Shown in pieces: positions 1 to 8,959 of a DNA stretch of 64,000 nucleotides. Each line of letters opens with the position of its first letter. The stretch's first letter is position 1. Below the pieces are notes generated by a model that was not told the DNA's origin, did not search any database, and worked only from the letters and a program-made list of their open reading frames with translations. The DNA is from an uncultured Chloroflexia bacterium (GTDB lineage: Bacteria > Chloroflexota > Limnocylindria > Limnocylindrales > CSP1-4), in the NCBI GenBank assembly GCA_963788685.1, contig CAWBHP010000012.1:5574-69573 (forward strand). The letters run 5' to 3'. Both the position numbers and the translations under genes were made by a program.

Positions 1-1
1 C

Positions 2-409
2 GACGACGCGGGTGAGCTGACCGCGATCGTCTTCGAGCGCGCCCTTCACGCGATCCCGAGGTACCGGCCGGCGGGCGGCGGCTTCGTCGCCTGGCTGATC
101 CGGATCGCACGGAACGCATCCATCGATACCCACCGACGCGCAACCGCGGTCCAATTCGCGGACGACCTCACCGACGCGTCCTCGACGGGCCCGGAGGAGG
201 ACGTCCTGGCCCACGAGGCGCGAGCCTCGCTACTCGCCTCCGTTGGGGATCTGCCGCGGATCCAGCGCGAGGCGATCGTCCTTCGTTACGCGGCTGGACT
301 GACCGCCCGCGAGATCGGCGAGGTCCTCGGCAAGACTGATCAAGCCACCCAGAAGCTGCTTAGCCGCGCGTTGGCTTCGCTCAGGGAGACCTACCGTGAC
401 GACATCTGA
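2..409 (+). CDS. ECF RNA polymerase sigma factor, 5'-partial
   Basis: Manual translation from base 2 gives region 2 (FVAWLIRIARNASIDTHRR) and region 4 (LPRIQREAIVLRYAAGLTAREIGEVLGKT), ending at TGA 407-409; overlaps the next gene. Confidence 0.9.
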   Translation, partial: DDAGELTAIVFERALHAIPRYRPAGGGFVAWLIRIARNASIDTHRRATAVQFADDLTDASSTGPEEDVLAHEARASLLASVGDLPRIQREAIVLRYAAGLTAREIGEVLGKTDQATQKLLSRALASLRETYRDDI

Positions 410-1458
410 CGGTTCCGGCGCCGTGTTCGGCGCGGACCTCGCGCTCGAGTCGAGCCTGAGCGCTCTCTTCGCGGTCGAGATCCCGGCACCCGTCCTGGAC
501 CGCCTGGACCAACGCATCCGCGAGCGTCTCGAGACCTGGGCTCCTTCTCCCGGCCGGCTGTCTCGCTTCCGCCCGGGCCGTCGGGCGGGCGTCATCGGGA
601 TCCTCGCCGCTGCGCTGGCGATCGGGGGCGCCAACGGCAGCCTCCAAGCCCTCTATATGGTCGTCGCCGGGCCATTCGATCTCCCCTGGCACCGTGGCGT
701 CGAGCTGAACCTTTCGCAGACAGTCGATGGCTACCGCGTCACCCTCGATCGGGCATATGCCGACGCGACCCGGCTGGCGCTCGCGATCTCGGTGGTCGAC
801 GAGCGCAGGCGCCCCGGGATCACCCAGATCGAGGCATTCGGGACGGTCGTGACCGACGCGGCAGGGGAGTACGGCGGCATCGGCGCCACCTCGAACCCGG
901 ACGGCGCGTTCGCTGCGGTCAACGTGGTCGTGGAAGACACCCGCTGCCTTGCCGTTGCCGTCGGGACCAAGGGCGTTCCACGTCGTCCTGCCGTCCATCC
1001 GGGTCCGCGACGACTCGACCCCACCGCCCGACGCTGACGCGGTCGGCTGGAACCCGTGGCACAACGTGGCGGGCCCCTGGACCTTCGACTTCGAGATGAA
1101 CGTCGACGGCGGCACGACCGTGACGCCGAACGCGGTCGCTGACGCGAACGGCATTCGTGCGACGGTCACCCGACTGATCGCGGCGCCGAGCATCGTCCGG
1201 GTCGATCTACGGCTCGAGGGGAAGCCCGGCCCGAGCGGCTGGAATCCCGTCGGCGAGGCCCGCCACAACGGGCAGGTCATGAAATTCGTGGTCGGCTCGC
1301 TCGACCCGAACGGATCGATCGCGCTGATGACCGACGGCGGGGTAGGGGATGCGTCGGGCCACTGGATGGTGACCCTTACTTCGCTGACGGCCGACGACGA
1401 TCCGAACGACCCCAACACGGCGAGGGGCCCGTGGGTGATCGAGTTCGATGTGCCGTGA
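396..1458 (+). CDS. Probable anti-sigma factor / DUF4179-like membrane-anchored protein, split by one frameshift near 930-950
   Basis: ORFs 396..1037 and 949..1458 join into one protein with a TM segment (VIGILAAALAIGG) then SQTVDGYRVTLDRAYAD, typical of DUF4179; coupled to the ECF sigma gene. Confidence 0.65.
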
Positions 1459-1629
1459 TACCGGTCAACGCCGCCCTCGCCTGGGGCTCAGCGCTTTCCG
1501 AACCCTGGGAGGGCCGCGGCCTGCTGCATCCACGACCGCGGGGTGAGTGAGTCGGCGCAACGACGTCGTACCATCGTTCCCACGGCGTTGTACCGGACCG
1601 CCTAACCCAACGTTCAGGAGGTCCAAGAC

Positions 1630-1848
1630 ATGTCCCGCCGAGCAGACCCGCAACGCCTCGACGAGGCCCGCCGAATCGCTACCCGGAATCGCCTCATGGG
1701 TGCGGGGTTGACCGACGCCAGCGCTGACGCCTTGATGGCCGCATGGGAGGCGCGTGAGCCCCGAGAAATGCGCGAGCGCGGCGGGGCGTACTGGGCCGAG
1801 GCGTGGGAGTGGATTGTGGCGGAACGGAACCCGCCGGGTCCCAGATAA
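1630..1848 (+). CDS. Small hypothetical protein (72 aa)
   Basis: AGGAGG RBS upstream of the ATG; Trp-rich helical ORF; no recognised family. Confidence 0.65.
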   Translation: MSRRADPQRLDEARRIATRNRLMGAGLTDASADALMAAWEAREPREMRERGGAYWAEAWEWIVAERNPPGPR

Positions 1849-1956
1849 GTCGCAGCTAATGGGCCGATAAGCCCCAGCGAAGGGGCGCCCTATAGGTTGC
1901 CGAGCGAGTCCGGACGGTCCAGAAGCGGTTCCAGTGATTCGCAGGAGGCCAAGCCC

Positions 1957-2556
1957 ATGCGTCCCAGGTCACGTTTGCGACTCCTCATGGCGGTCGCCAC
2001 CCTTGCATCTGCGTTGGCCTTGCCACCCGCCGCGAGCGCGGCTGATGGCGAGGTGATCCAGTTGGGCACCAACATCTCGGGCGAGGTGTACATCAACAAC
2101 GGTCGTCCTCGGTTCCACTTCGGCAACGTTGGCAACTGCCCCGGCACGCCCCCTCCGGGGGCGAGCTGCTACGTCGAACTCCAGTTCATTCACCGCTGCG
2201 CCGAGCCGTGGTGCTTCTCGGACGAGGTCTCGGGTTGGTTTCGCGTGCCAGCAGGGCAGGACTGGTTCCAGGCACCGATCTGCGCCGACGGAGGCAACCA
2301 CTGGAAGGTGAACTCTCGTCTCCACTGGACGTTCCCGAGCATCCACACGATCGAGATGTGGGGGCAGACCGAGTGGAATGCCGTTGCCGGTACCTACGGG
2401 CTGATCGCCAAGGCGATCTTCGACGTCAGTCTCCAGGTCGGTCTCAGGATCTCGGGGGGAACGAGAATGAACGTCATCACGGCCTCGAATGCTGTATCCA
2501 GTTACGGGCAAATCGCCGAGTCGTTCGGCTACCCGCAGGGTCCGCCTAGCTGCTGA
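1957..2556 (+). CDS. Secreted Cys-containing hypothetical protein
   Basis: AGGAGG RBS before ATG 1957; signal peptide MRPRSRLRLLMAVATLASALALPPAASA; six Cys in the mature part. Confidence 0.7.
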   Translation: MRPRSRLRLLMAVATLASALALPPAASAADGEVIQLGTNISGEVYINNGRPRFHFGNVGNCPGTPPPGASCYVELQFIHRCAEPWCFSDEVSGWFRVPAGQDWFQAPICADGGNHWKVNSRLHWTFPSIHTIEMWGQTEWNAVAGTYGLIAKAIFDVSLQVGLRISGGTRMNVITASNAVSSYGQIAESFGYPQGPPSC

Positions 2557-2640
2557 CCCGTCCACTCGACGGCGCTCCGGCCCGAGAATGGCCGGGGCGC
2601 CGTTCCCCGACACCCACGCAAAAAAGGGAAGGACGAGCAT

Positions 2641-3177
2641 ATGTCTCATCCGCGGCGCAACCACCTCAGTCCGTGGAGTCTCCTCCCGTTTCTATTCCTT
2701 GTCGCGACCGCAGGTTGCGGCCTCGGCCAGGCTCCAGATGCCGAGCCGTCGCCGAGCTACTGCGACGGTGTCAGCACCGAAGTCGGGGGTTGTGACGCGG
2801 ACCGGCCGACCTTCACGGGTCGGACCTGTTCGGAGGTCGCGAAGGAGTTCGGGCTCCAGCTCGATAGGCGCCTCGTCGAGATCCACACGGGGCCCGACTC
2901 GGCAACGGCGAGCAAGGCGGTGCGAGCGGGCCACTACACGAGCGTCGCCGCCAGCCTCGCGAATCTCCAGCTGAGGCGGGCGGGCCAGATCAAGGAATGC
3001 TCGGCGGGCGCGTTCGTTGATGAGGCAGAATCCGTGTTCTCGAGCGAACTACGCGCACACGCAGGTGAACTGCTGCACGATGGCGACCCCGTCACCTACC
3101 TCGCCTGGCGCAAGACGATCGTCGACATGATGTCCATCATCGACATGGAAGAAGACGCTCCGCTGCCCTCGGCATGA
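2641..3177 (+). CDS. Putative lipoprotein
   Basis: Hydrophobic signal with lipobox-like VATAGC; several Cys; clean 178-aa ORF. Confidence 0.7.
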   Translation: MSHPRRNHLSPWSLLPFLFLVATAGCGLGQAPDAEPSPSYCDGVSTEVGGCDADRPTFTGRTCSEVAKEFGLQLDRRLVEIHTGPDSATASKAVRAGHYTSVAASLANLQLRRAGQIKECSAGAFVDEAESVFSSELRAHAGELLHDGDPVTYLAWRKTIVDMMSIIDMEEDAPLPSA

Positions 3178-3279
3178 CGCCGATTGCGAGCGAGTTCTGC
3201 ACGTTCGCCGGGACCTCAGTGGGTGTGCGGCGCCATGAGCACGAGGTACCTGGGCACCCGGGTCCGGACCCGATCTAGC

Positions 3280-3699
3280 TCACGCGTCGGCCGGAAGCAG
3301 GCGGAACGGCCGGTCGTGCGGGCCGCTGATCGCGCGGAAGTGCCGCTCGTCCAGCGTCAAGACGTCGACGGTCTGGTGTCGGCCTGCCAGGACGACGATC
3401 GACGCATCGGCAAGCCCAAGACCGAGATCGGCGAAGCGGTCGAGAACGTCGGTCGCGCGCGAGACATCGTCGGCGTCGAACGGCGCGAGCTCATATGCCC
3501 CATCGGCGACTTCAGCGAGAAACGAGCGAGCGACGTGCGGAGAAACGTGGCGGGCGAGCAGGTAGTCGAGCTCGGCGAGAACAAAGGGCGAGAGGACGCG
3601 AGGACCGCCGGCCTGCTTCAGCGATGCGGCCGCGGCCCGATGGTGCACTTCGGATGCATCGAGGGCCGCGAGGAGCCCGCTCGTATCCAGCAGGATCAC
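3280..3699 (-). CDS. vapC: PIN-domain toxin (VapC family)
   Basis: N-terminal ILLDTS, LAELDY, LGLADASIV and TLDERHF are PIN-domain motifs; overlaps the upstream antitoxin. Confidence 0.92.
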   Translation of the reverse strand: MILLDTSGLLAALDASEVHHRAAAASLKQAGGPRVLSPFVLAELDYLLARHVSPHVARSFLAEVADGAYELAPFDADDVSRATDVLDRFADLGLGLADASIVVLAGRHQTVDVLTLDERHFRAISGPHDRPFRLLPADA

Positions 3700-3917
3700 T
3701 GCTCCCCGAAACCCTCGAGCAGGTCGTCCGCTCGCGTCGCTAGATTGGCCTGCCCGCTCTCGAACAGCGGGATCGTCGGCTCGGCGACTCGATGGCCGGA
3801 TGTCACCGTTTCGACGCCTTCGCGGATGAGCTCCGCCTCGCTCTTCCCGGTCGCACGCGCGGTCGAGGCGAGGGCGCGTCGCTGCGCGGTGGTCAGGTAG
3901 ACGGTGGTCCGTTCCAT
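3696..3917 (-). CDS. vapB: Ribbon-helix-helix antitoxin (VapB/CopG-like)
   Basis: MERTTVYLTTAQRRAL...GKSEAELIREGV is an RHH signature; 4-bp overlap with vapC. Confidence 0.85.
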   Translation of the reverse strand: MERTTVYLTTAQRRALASTARATGKSEAELIREGVETVTSGHRVAEPTIPLFESGQANLATRADDLLEGFGEQ

Positions 3918-4062
3918 GCCATACACCGTACCATACGTTTGGATCGACGACATGGCGCGGACGAACTCAGGGTAGGGGAGGATGATGCTCACCGATCGAC
4001 CGACCGGACGGGCCACGTTCGGCAATGCCACGGAGTGCTACAGGGCTGCGTGAGAACACCAG

Positions 4063-4434
4063 ATGCCTGACGACACACGAATTGATCGCTGGTTATGCGC
4101 GGTTCGCCTTGTCAAGACCCGGCCCATGGCGACCCAGCTGTGTGAAGGCGGGCACGTCCGCGTCAACGGCAACCCGGCCAAGCCATCGACAAAGGTTCGT
4201 GCCGGCGACGTCGTGCATGCCCTGATCGCCGAACGTGAGCGCGTCGTCGAGGTCGTGCGGCCGATCGAAACGCGCGTCGGCGCGCCGGCCGCCGCCACGT
4301 GCTACGTCGACAACAGCCCACCGCCGGTGATCCGAGAGATCGCGCCCGGCATCAAGGCGGTCCGTGGGGAGGGCCGGCCGAGCAAGCGTCTTCGCCGCGA
4401 GCTCGAGCGGATTTGGCGGGATGGACGGGGCTGA
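4063..4434 (+). CDS. hslR: S4-domain RNA-binding protein, Hsp15 family
   Basis: RIDRWLCAVRLVKTR...HVRVNGNPAKPS S4 motif and C-terminal GRPSKRLRRELER typical of Hsp15. Confidence 0.9.
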   Translation: MPDDTRIDRWLCAVRLVKTRPMATQLCEGGHVRVNGNPAKPSTKVRAGDVVHALIAERERVVEVVRPIETRVGAPAAATCYVDNSPPPVIREIAPGIKAVRGEGRPSKRLRRELERIWRDGRG

Positions 4435-5006
4435 TGGCACAGTTGCTCTTCATCCAGGGCGGCGGCGCAGGCACGCACGACGAGTGGGACGACAAGCTGG
4501 TCGACAGCCTGCGGCGGGAGCTCGGGGACGGGTACGAGATCCGGTACCCGCGAATGCCCGCCGAGGACGACCCGAGCGACGCAGCATGGGGTCCAGCCAT
4601 CGCGGAAGCGACTGCCGCCCTCGAGGACGGCGCCGTCGTCGTCGGTCATTCGGTGGGCGGGACGCTCCTCATCCAGGCGCTCGCCGAGCGGCCGCCGGGC
4701 GTGAGACTCGCGGCAATCGTGCTGATCGCTGCGCCGTTCGTGGGCGACGGCGGGTGGCCGGGCGAGGAGTTCGAGCTGCCCGACGACCTCGGCGTGCTCC
4801 TGCCGGCCGGGGTCCCGGTCCACGTGTTCCATGGCCTCGAGGACGACGAGGTCCCGCCTGCGCATGCCGACCTGTACGCGCGCGCGATCCCGCAGGCGCA
4901 GGTGCATCGGCTGCCCGGGCGCGATCACCAGCTGGGTAACGACCTGGGGGAGGTGGCGACGCTGATCCGGACGCTCCAGAAGGCCTCTGGCGGAGAGGAG
5001 GACTAG
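4434..5006 (+). CDS. Alpha/beta hydrolase (RBBP9/YdeN-like)
   Basis: GHSVG nucleophile elbow, HGLEDDEV and a C-terminal His (GRDHQ); start overlaps the hslR stop. Confidence 0.85.
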   Translation: MAQLLFIQGGGAGTHDEWDDKLVDSLRRELGDGYEIRYPRMPAEDDPSDAAWGPAIAEATAALEDGAVVVGHSVGGTLLIQALAERPPGVRLAAIVLIAAPFVGDGGWPGEEFELPDDLGVLLPAGVPVHVFHGLEDDEVPPAHADLYARAIPQAQVHRLPGRDHQLGNDLGEVATLIRTLQKASGGEED

Positions 5007-5040
5007 CGTCAGCTACGGTCAGCGTCTGCTGCTGGAAGGG

Positions 5041-6117
5041 TCAGCCCGATGCCTCCGTAACGTCGCGCGGATCCGTCAATCCGAACTCCGTCGTCAGCCG
5101 AGTCGTCGCGGCCCACGAGCCGCGGTCCTGGTTGCAGAGGACGACGATCGTGGTGGCCGCCGCCAGGTGGTGGGCCACCATCGTCGACACGCCCGGATCG
5201 GCGCCACCGTGGCCGAGGATCGTCACGGCGCCGTTCTCCACGACCAGCTCCAGGCCGTAGCCGTACTGCTCGAGGTCGGCCGACGGAGGCGCCTGTGGCG
5301 ACATCATCGCGGCCAGCAGGGGAGGGGAGAGGAGCCGGCCGCCGAGGAGCGCGTCGATCAGCCGCGCGAGATCCTGCGCCGACGTGATCATCCCGCCGTC
5401 GGGCATCCCCCTGGCGGTGAGGCTGAAGATGTTCGACCGCCAGGTGTCGGGCGGACCGTCGGCGTGCAGGTAGCCGTTCGCGTAGCGCCGCGGGTCCTGG
5501 TCGAGCTCCTCGAACGCCGTGTCGACCATGCCGGCCGGCCGAAGGACCTCGTCGGTCGCCACGTCGTAGAACGACCTGCCAGTCGCCGCCTCGATCACGA
5601 GGCCGGCGAGGATGAAGTTCGCGTCGGCATAGACGTATTTCTCGCCGGGCGGCCGCTGCGCGGGCAGGTCGGCGAAGAGGGGCAGCATGTCAGCCGGCAG
5701 CCGGGCCTTGCTCCCTGGGATCCGATCCAGAGCCCCGACGAACGAGTCCCACGTCTGGGCCGCGTCGTCGTGGTAGTTCGGCAGCCCCGAGGTATGCGAC
5801 AGGAGATGGTGGAGCGTGTGCTCGGGAGTCATGGCCTTGGTCCGGTGCTCCGCCGGCAGGACCTCGATCAGCGGCTGGTCGAGTCGGAGCTCCCCGCGAT
5901 CGACAAGCCTGAGCGCGGTCGTCGCGGTGACCATCTTGGTGACCGAGGCGACCCCGAAGCGGGTCTCGCTCGTGATCGGGACCTGGTGGCCTCGGTGCGC
6001 AATGCCGCCGGCGTACTCGAAGAGGGGAGCGCCGGCGGTCCAGACGAGGGCCACGCCGCTGAATTCGTGCGTTTCGACCCGGTGATCGAACCATGAGCGC
6101 AGGGCATCGGGGTCCAT
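5041..6117 (-). CDS. Serine hydrolase, beta-lactamase class C / DD-peptidase family
   Basis: ASVTK (SxxK), LLSHTSG, Y-x-x-x-N region and GHGG motifs. Confidence 0.88.
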   Translation of the reverse strand: MDPDALRSWFDHRVETHEFSGVALVWTAGAPLFEYAGGIAHRGHQVPITSETRFGVASVTKMVTATTALRLVDRGELRLDQPLIEVLPAEHRTKAMTPEHTLHHLLSHTSGLPNYHDDAAQTWDSFVGALDRIPGSKARLPADMLPLFADLPAQRPPGEKYVYADANFILAGLVIEAATGRSFYDVATDEVLRPAGMVDTAFEELDQDPRRYANGYLHADGPPDTWRSNIFSLTARGMPDGGMITSAQDLARLIDALLGGRLLSPPLLAAMMSPQAPPSADLEQYGYGLELVVENGAVTILGHGGADPGVSTMVAHHLAAATTIVVLCNQDRGSWAATTRLTTEFGLTDPRDVTEASG

Positions 6118-6140
6118 CGAGGCATTGTGACGCTCATCGG

Positions 6141-6368
6141 GCGCCGGTGCTTCCTCAGATGATCTGCGCCGGCGGCTGACACGGAGACGAGGGCGCCGCG
6201 ACCCGGGTGATGGCGGCGCTCGATGAAGCCCAGGTCGGTCGCGTCCTCCCAGACCGGCAGGCGCGGGCACGACGTCCGCCACGCCTCCATCGTCTCCAGG
6301 TACGGGCGCTCGCCCGGGCCGATCCACTCGAGGAGGTCGAGGATCAGGTTGTCGACGGTCTCGGACAT
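6141..6368 (-). CDS. Small hypothetical protein (MSETVDNLILDLLEWIG...WRTSCPRLPVWEDA); end uncertain
   Basis: Recognisable small conserved-hypothetical sequence embedded in ORF 5868..6764. No stop separates it from the upstream OGG-like gene, and its frame runs on into the hydrolase. Confidence 0.55.
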
Positions 6369-7263
6369 GGGGTCGCGGGGTCCCGCCCATTGGCCGCCTC
6401 GTGCGTCGGCCATCGATTGGAAGATCAGGTACTCGAGAGCCTCCGGCGACAGTTCGAGCGCGTGGGCCCCGGCGTGCATCTGCTGGAGATAGCCCTCGTA
6501 GATCGGCAGCGACCAGGATGCCGTGGCGAGGTCAGGTCGGCCATTCGTCGCCAGCCACGAACTCACCATTTCATCGTGGATGAGGGCCGACGGACGGGCG
6601 CCGACGGGCTGGCAGAAGGCGATGAACTTCATGCCGAACGCGGGCCCGAGTCCCTTGACACGGCAGTCCTTCGCCAAGCGGCCGTAAGCCGCCGCCGCGC
6701 CCTCGTCGCGCACGGATGTCGCGACAGCGAGGAGATGCGCTCGAGTCGTGGGGAGGGCGATCATCTTCGCCGTGAACGGGGAGGGGCCGTAGCCGACCCA
6801 AGCGAATCCCAGGTCATAGTCGCGATCGAAGGCAGCAGAGCTGACCTCTTCGCCGCGGCGGAACGGGCCGCGATGCGACAGGACGAATGCGCGACGAGAC
6901 GGGCCAGCTGCGATCAGCTTCGATGCTGGGAAACGCGTTCATCCAGCGGTCGCACGGCCAGGCGATGGCGATCTGGTCGGGCCGACCCGTGGTGATCCAG
7001 TGGCGGACCAGATCCTCGAGGGCCCGAGGAGGCGGGATGAGGCCTCCTACGCGGGCGAGACGCCCCTTCAGCAGGGGAGCGCGGGGCCGTCCAGTCCGCT
7101 TACTGTCTGATGCTCGAGGAGGTCGGTCGCCCGAGAGCCAGTCCACGAAACGTCTCGCGTCGCCAACGTAGGTGCTGATCGTGCCCGGGGTTCGCCCCGC
7201 GGCGACCAGTTGGTCCTCGTATTCGATCAGTGCTTGGTCCAGCTCGTCCTTCGTCCAAGTCAC
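6369..7263 (-). pseudogene. OGG-fold (8-oxoguanine glycosylase-like) protein with an N-terminal integrase-SAM-like domain, frameshifted
   Basis: N-terminus TWTKDELDQALIEYEDQLVAAGRTPGTISTYVGDARRFVDWL. After frame changes near 6900-6810 it reads (MTW)GFAWVGYGPS then KGLGPAFGMKFIAF...ALIHDEMV, an HhH-like OGG-fold pattern. Confidence 0.55.
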
Positions 7264-7546
7264 CGCGATCCGCCCAATCTGCGCAGGTCCGCCAGGATGG
7301 CCTCGATGTAGTCGAGTCGCGCGACGCCTCATTGACCTCGCCGCGTCCCGCGCGATCAAGAAGCGGGACGCTCAGCTCGAAGTCGGCCTTCGTCAAGTTT
7401 CGCGGTCGACCGGTCGACTCGGGGATGACCCGAAGCGTGTTACCAAGAGCGACAGCAGTGAAACCGGCCTTTCGGGACCTTGTGTGGAGGCGGGTCGAGG
7501 TCCGATAACGGCTGAGGACATCCGACCACGACGGCTGCAGAGTCAT
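7260..7546 (-). CDS. Hypothetical protein, one frameshift near 7315
   Basis: MTLQPSWSDVLSRY...EVNEASR then YIEAILADLRRLGGSR* in a shifted frame; ATGA and GTGA overlaps with both neighbours. Confidence 0.5.
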
Positions 7547-7762
7547 CGCAGGCGGTACTGGCCGCGCCGACTCGTTTAGGAATCGCTTGCTCGGCGGATA
7601 GGTCGAAGACGATTCCCGGGGTTGTGAGGTCGGCCATCTGGACCGTAATGTCTACCCGCCGCCCGGAAAGCGGGCCTCAACCCAAACCTTGACCTCCCGA
7701 GCTCCAGGCTCGCCGCCAAGAGCTTCCATTGCCTCGCGGATCGCCTCTGCTGCAGTCGTCAT
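7543..7762 (-). pseudogene. Small helical / wHTH-like hypothetical protein, disrupted
   Basis: Manual translation MTTAAEAIREAMEALGGEPGAREVKVWVEARFPG...DITVQMADLTTPGN...TYPPSKRFL.RVGRGQYRLR*, needing frame corrections. Confidence 0.45.
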
Positions 7763-7777
7763 CTCGTCTCCGCGTAG

Positions 7778-8701
7778 TTATCCGAGGAATACCGTGTCTG
7801 CGTGCCACTCGAGCAAGTCGCTCGATGGCGACAGTATCTGCGCGACGGGTGTTCGAATCTCCTGTCCATCAAGCGCTTAGTAGTCGCGGCCGTTCTCAAA
7901 CTCGGCGTGGATCCGCTTGCTTACTCGGACCCGCCATCCGGTGTGACAGTTACGTAGCCACGATCGAACAGCGTGTGAAGGTCCGATCGCAGAAGTAGCC
8001 CGTTGGAGACCTCATGTGGCCCCGCCTGGCCGTATGGCCGTATTGGCTGCTTCAAGCACCGGGAGCGTCCGCTCATTCGTAACGACGCAGCGGCGTTCGT
8101 ACGCGTCGGTGACCATCACCCTGAACGCGCCCTGACCCAGGCGCGGCCGCACCAGACTGGGCGCTCCGTAAGCGGGAGTGGGAACGTCTGATACACCGGG
8201 AAAGGGCGGCGGCCGCATCGCAGCGAGGGCGAATGAAATGCGCTCCCAAAGGACCTGACCTTCTCCGACCGCTAAATCGTAGGACTTACCGCGTGTGAGG
8301 TTCGAAGCCCAGTCTGACGGCGGTTAAATCCAGAGCTCTTCCGGAAGGAAGAAGGGTTCGACAAGGACCGTCGATCCTATCAACGTTAGGTCCGGATCAA
8401 TCTGACGCTCGCTGTATCCCTTGATGCGGTTGACGAACTCGAAGTAGGTAGCCGTCCCATTGTTCTCGCCGAACGTTTCCCAAGCGAACCTCGGCGTGAC
8501 CGTCGTGTGATGAGCAAAGAATCCGCCACCGACAATCCAGCCGCCGCTTCGAACGTGGAACTTAAGGAGCCAAGGGCTGCCAAGCGGCAAGGAGATCGCC
8601 GGCCTCTTGTCGGGCGCCCAGAAATTCACTTCCTCCAGCGGTGCGCGCGACGCGAGGAACTGGAACCACTCGCGGTCCGTGTTTGCGACCCAATACCGCA
8701 C
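7778..8701 (-). pseudogene. HNH endonuclease (putative type IV modification-dependent restriction enzyme), disrupted
   Basis: N-terminus MRYWVANTDREWF...EEVNFWAP; C-terminus RLGQGAFRVMVTDAYERRCVVT...LEAA..PY...HEVSNGLLLRSDLHTLFDRGYVTV...LEWHADTVFLG*. In-frame TAA at 8324-8326 and near 7878, plus a frameshift near 8050. Confidence 0.85.
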
Positions 8702-8781
8702 GAGGGCAGTCTAACGAGCGCAAACACCCATCGCGTACACTCCCAATTGAATCGCCGGGCAATCACAGCCGGGGAGGGAAC

Positions 8782-8946
8782 ATGAGCCGCCGCCGAGGCC
8801 GATCGGGCCGACCGGCAGGCCGTAACAAGCTGATCGAGATCGTTGTTACGCTGGCGTTCCTCGCCCTGCTGATCGCGGTGATCCTGCCTTGGGCCGGACA
8901 GGGTCTTGCTGCAGGGTTCGGCAGCATCATCGAACAGTCACGCTGA
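8782..8946 (+). CDS. Small single-TM protein (54 aa)
   Basis: GGGAGG RBS; basic N-terminus then hydrophobic helix IVVTLAFLALLIAVILPW; 13 bp upstream of the DUF2075 gene. Confidence 0.55.
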   Translation: MSRRRGRSGRPAGRNKLIEIVVTLAFLALLIAVILPWAGQGLAAGFGSIIEQSR

Positions 8947-8959
8947 ACGGCAGCGGACC

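Noticed and set aside
7130-7263. Tyrosine integrase for the island
   Set aside because: Only a SAM-like N-terminal segment is present; there is no R-H-R-Y catalytic domain.
7496-7523. Additional dif-like half site (GGTCCGATAA)
   Set aside because: It lies inside a coding region and has no TTATGT partner arm; a similar half match near 1861 was also dismissed.
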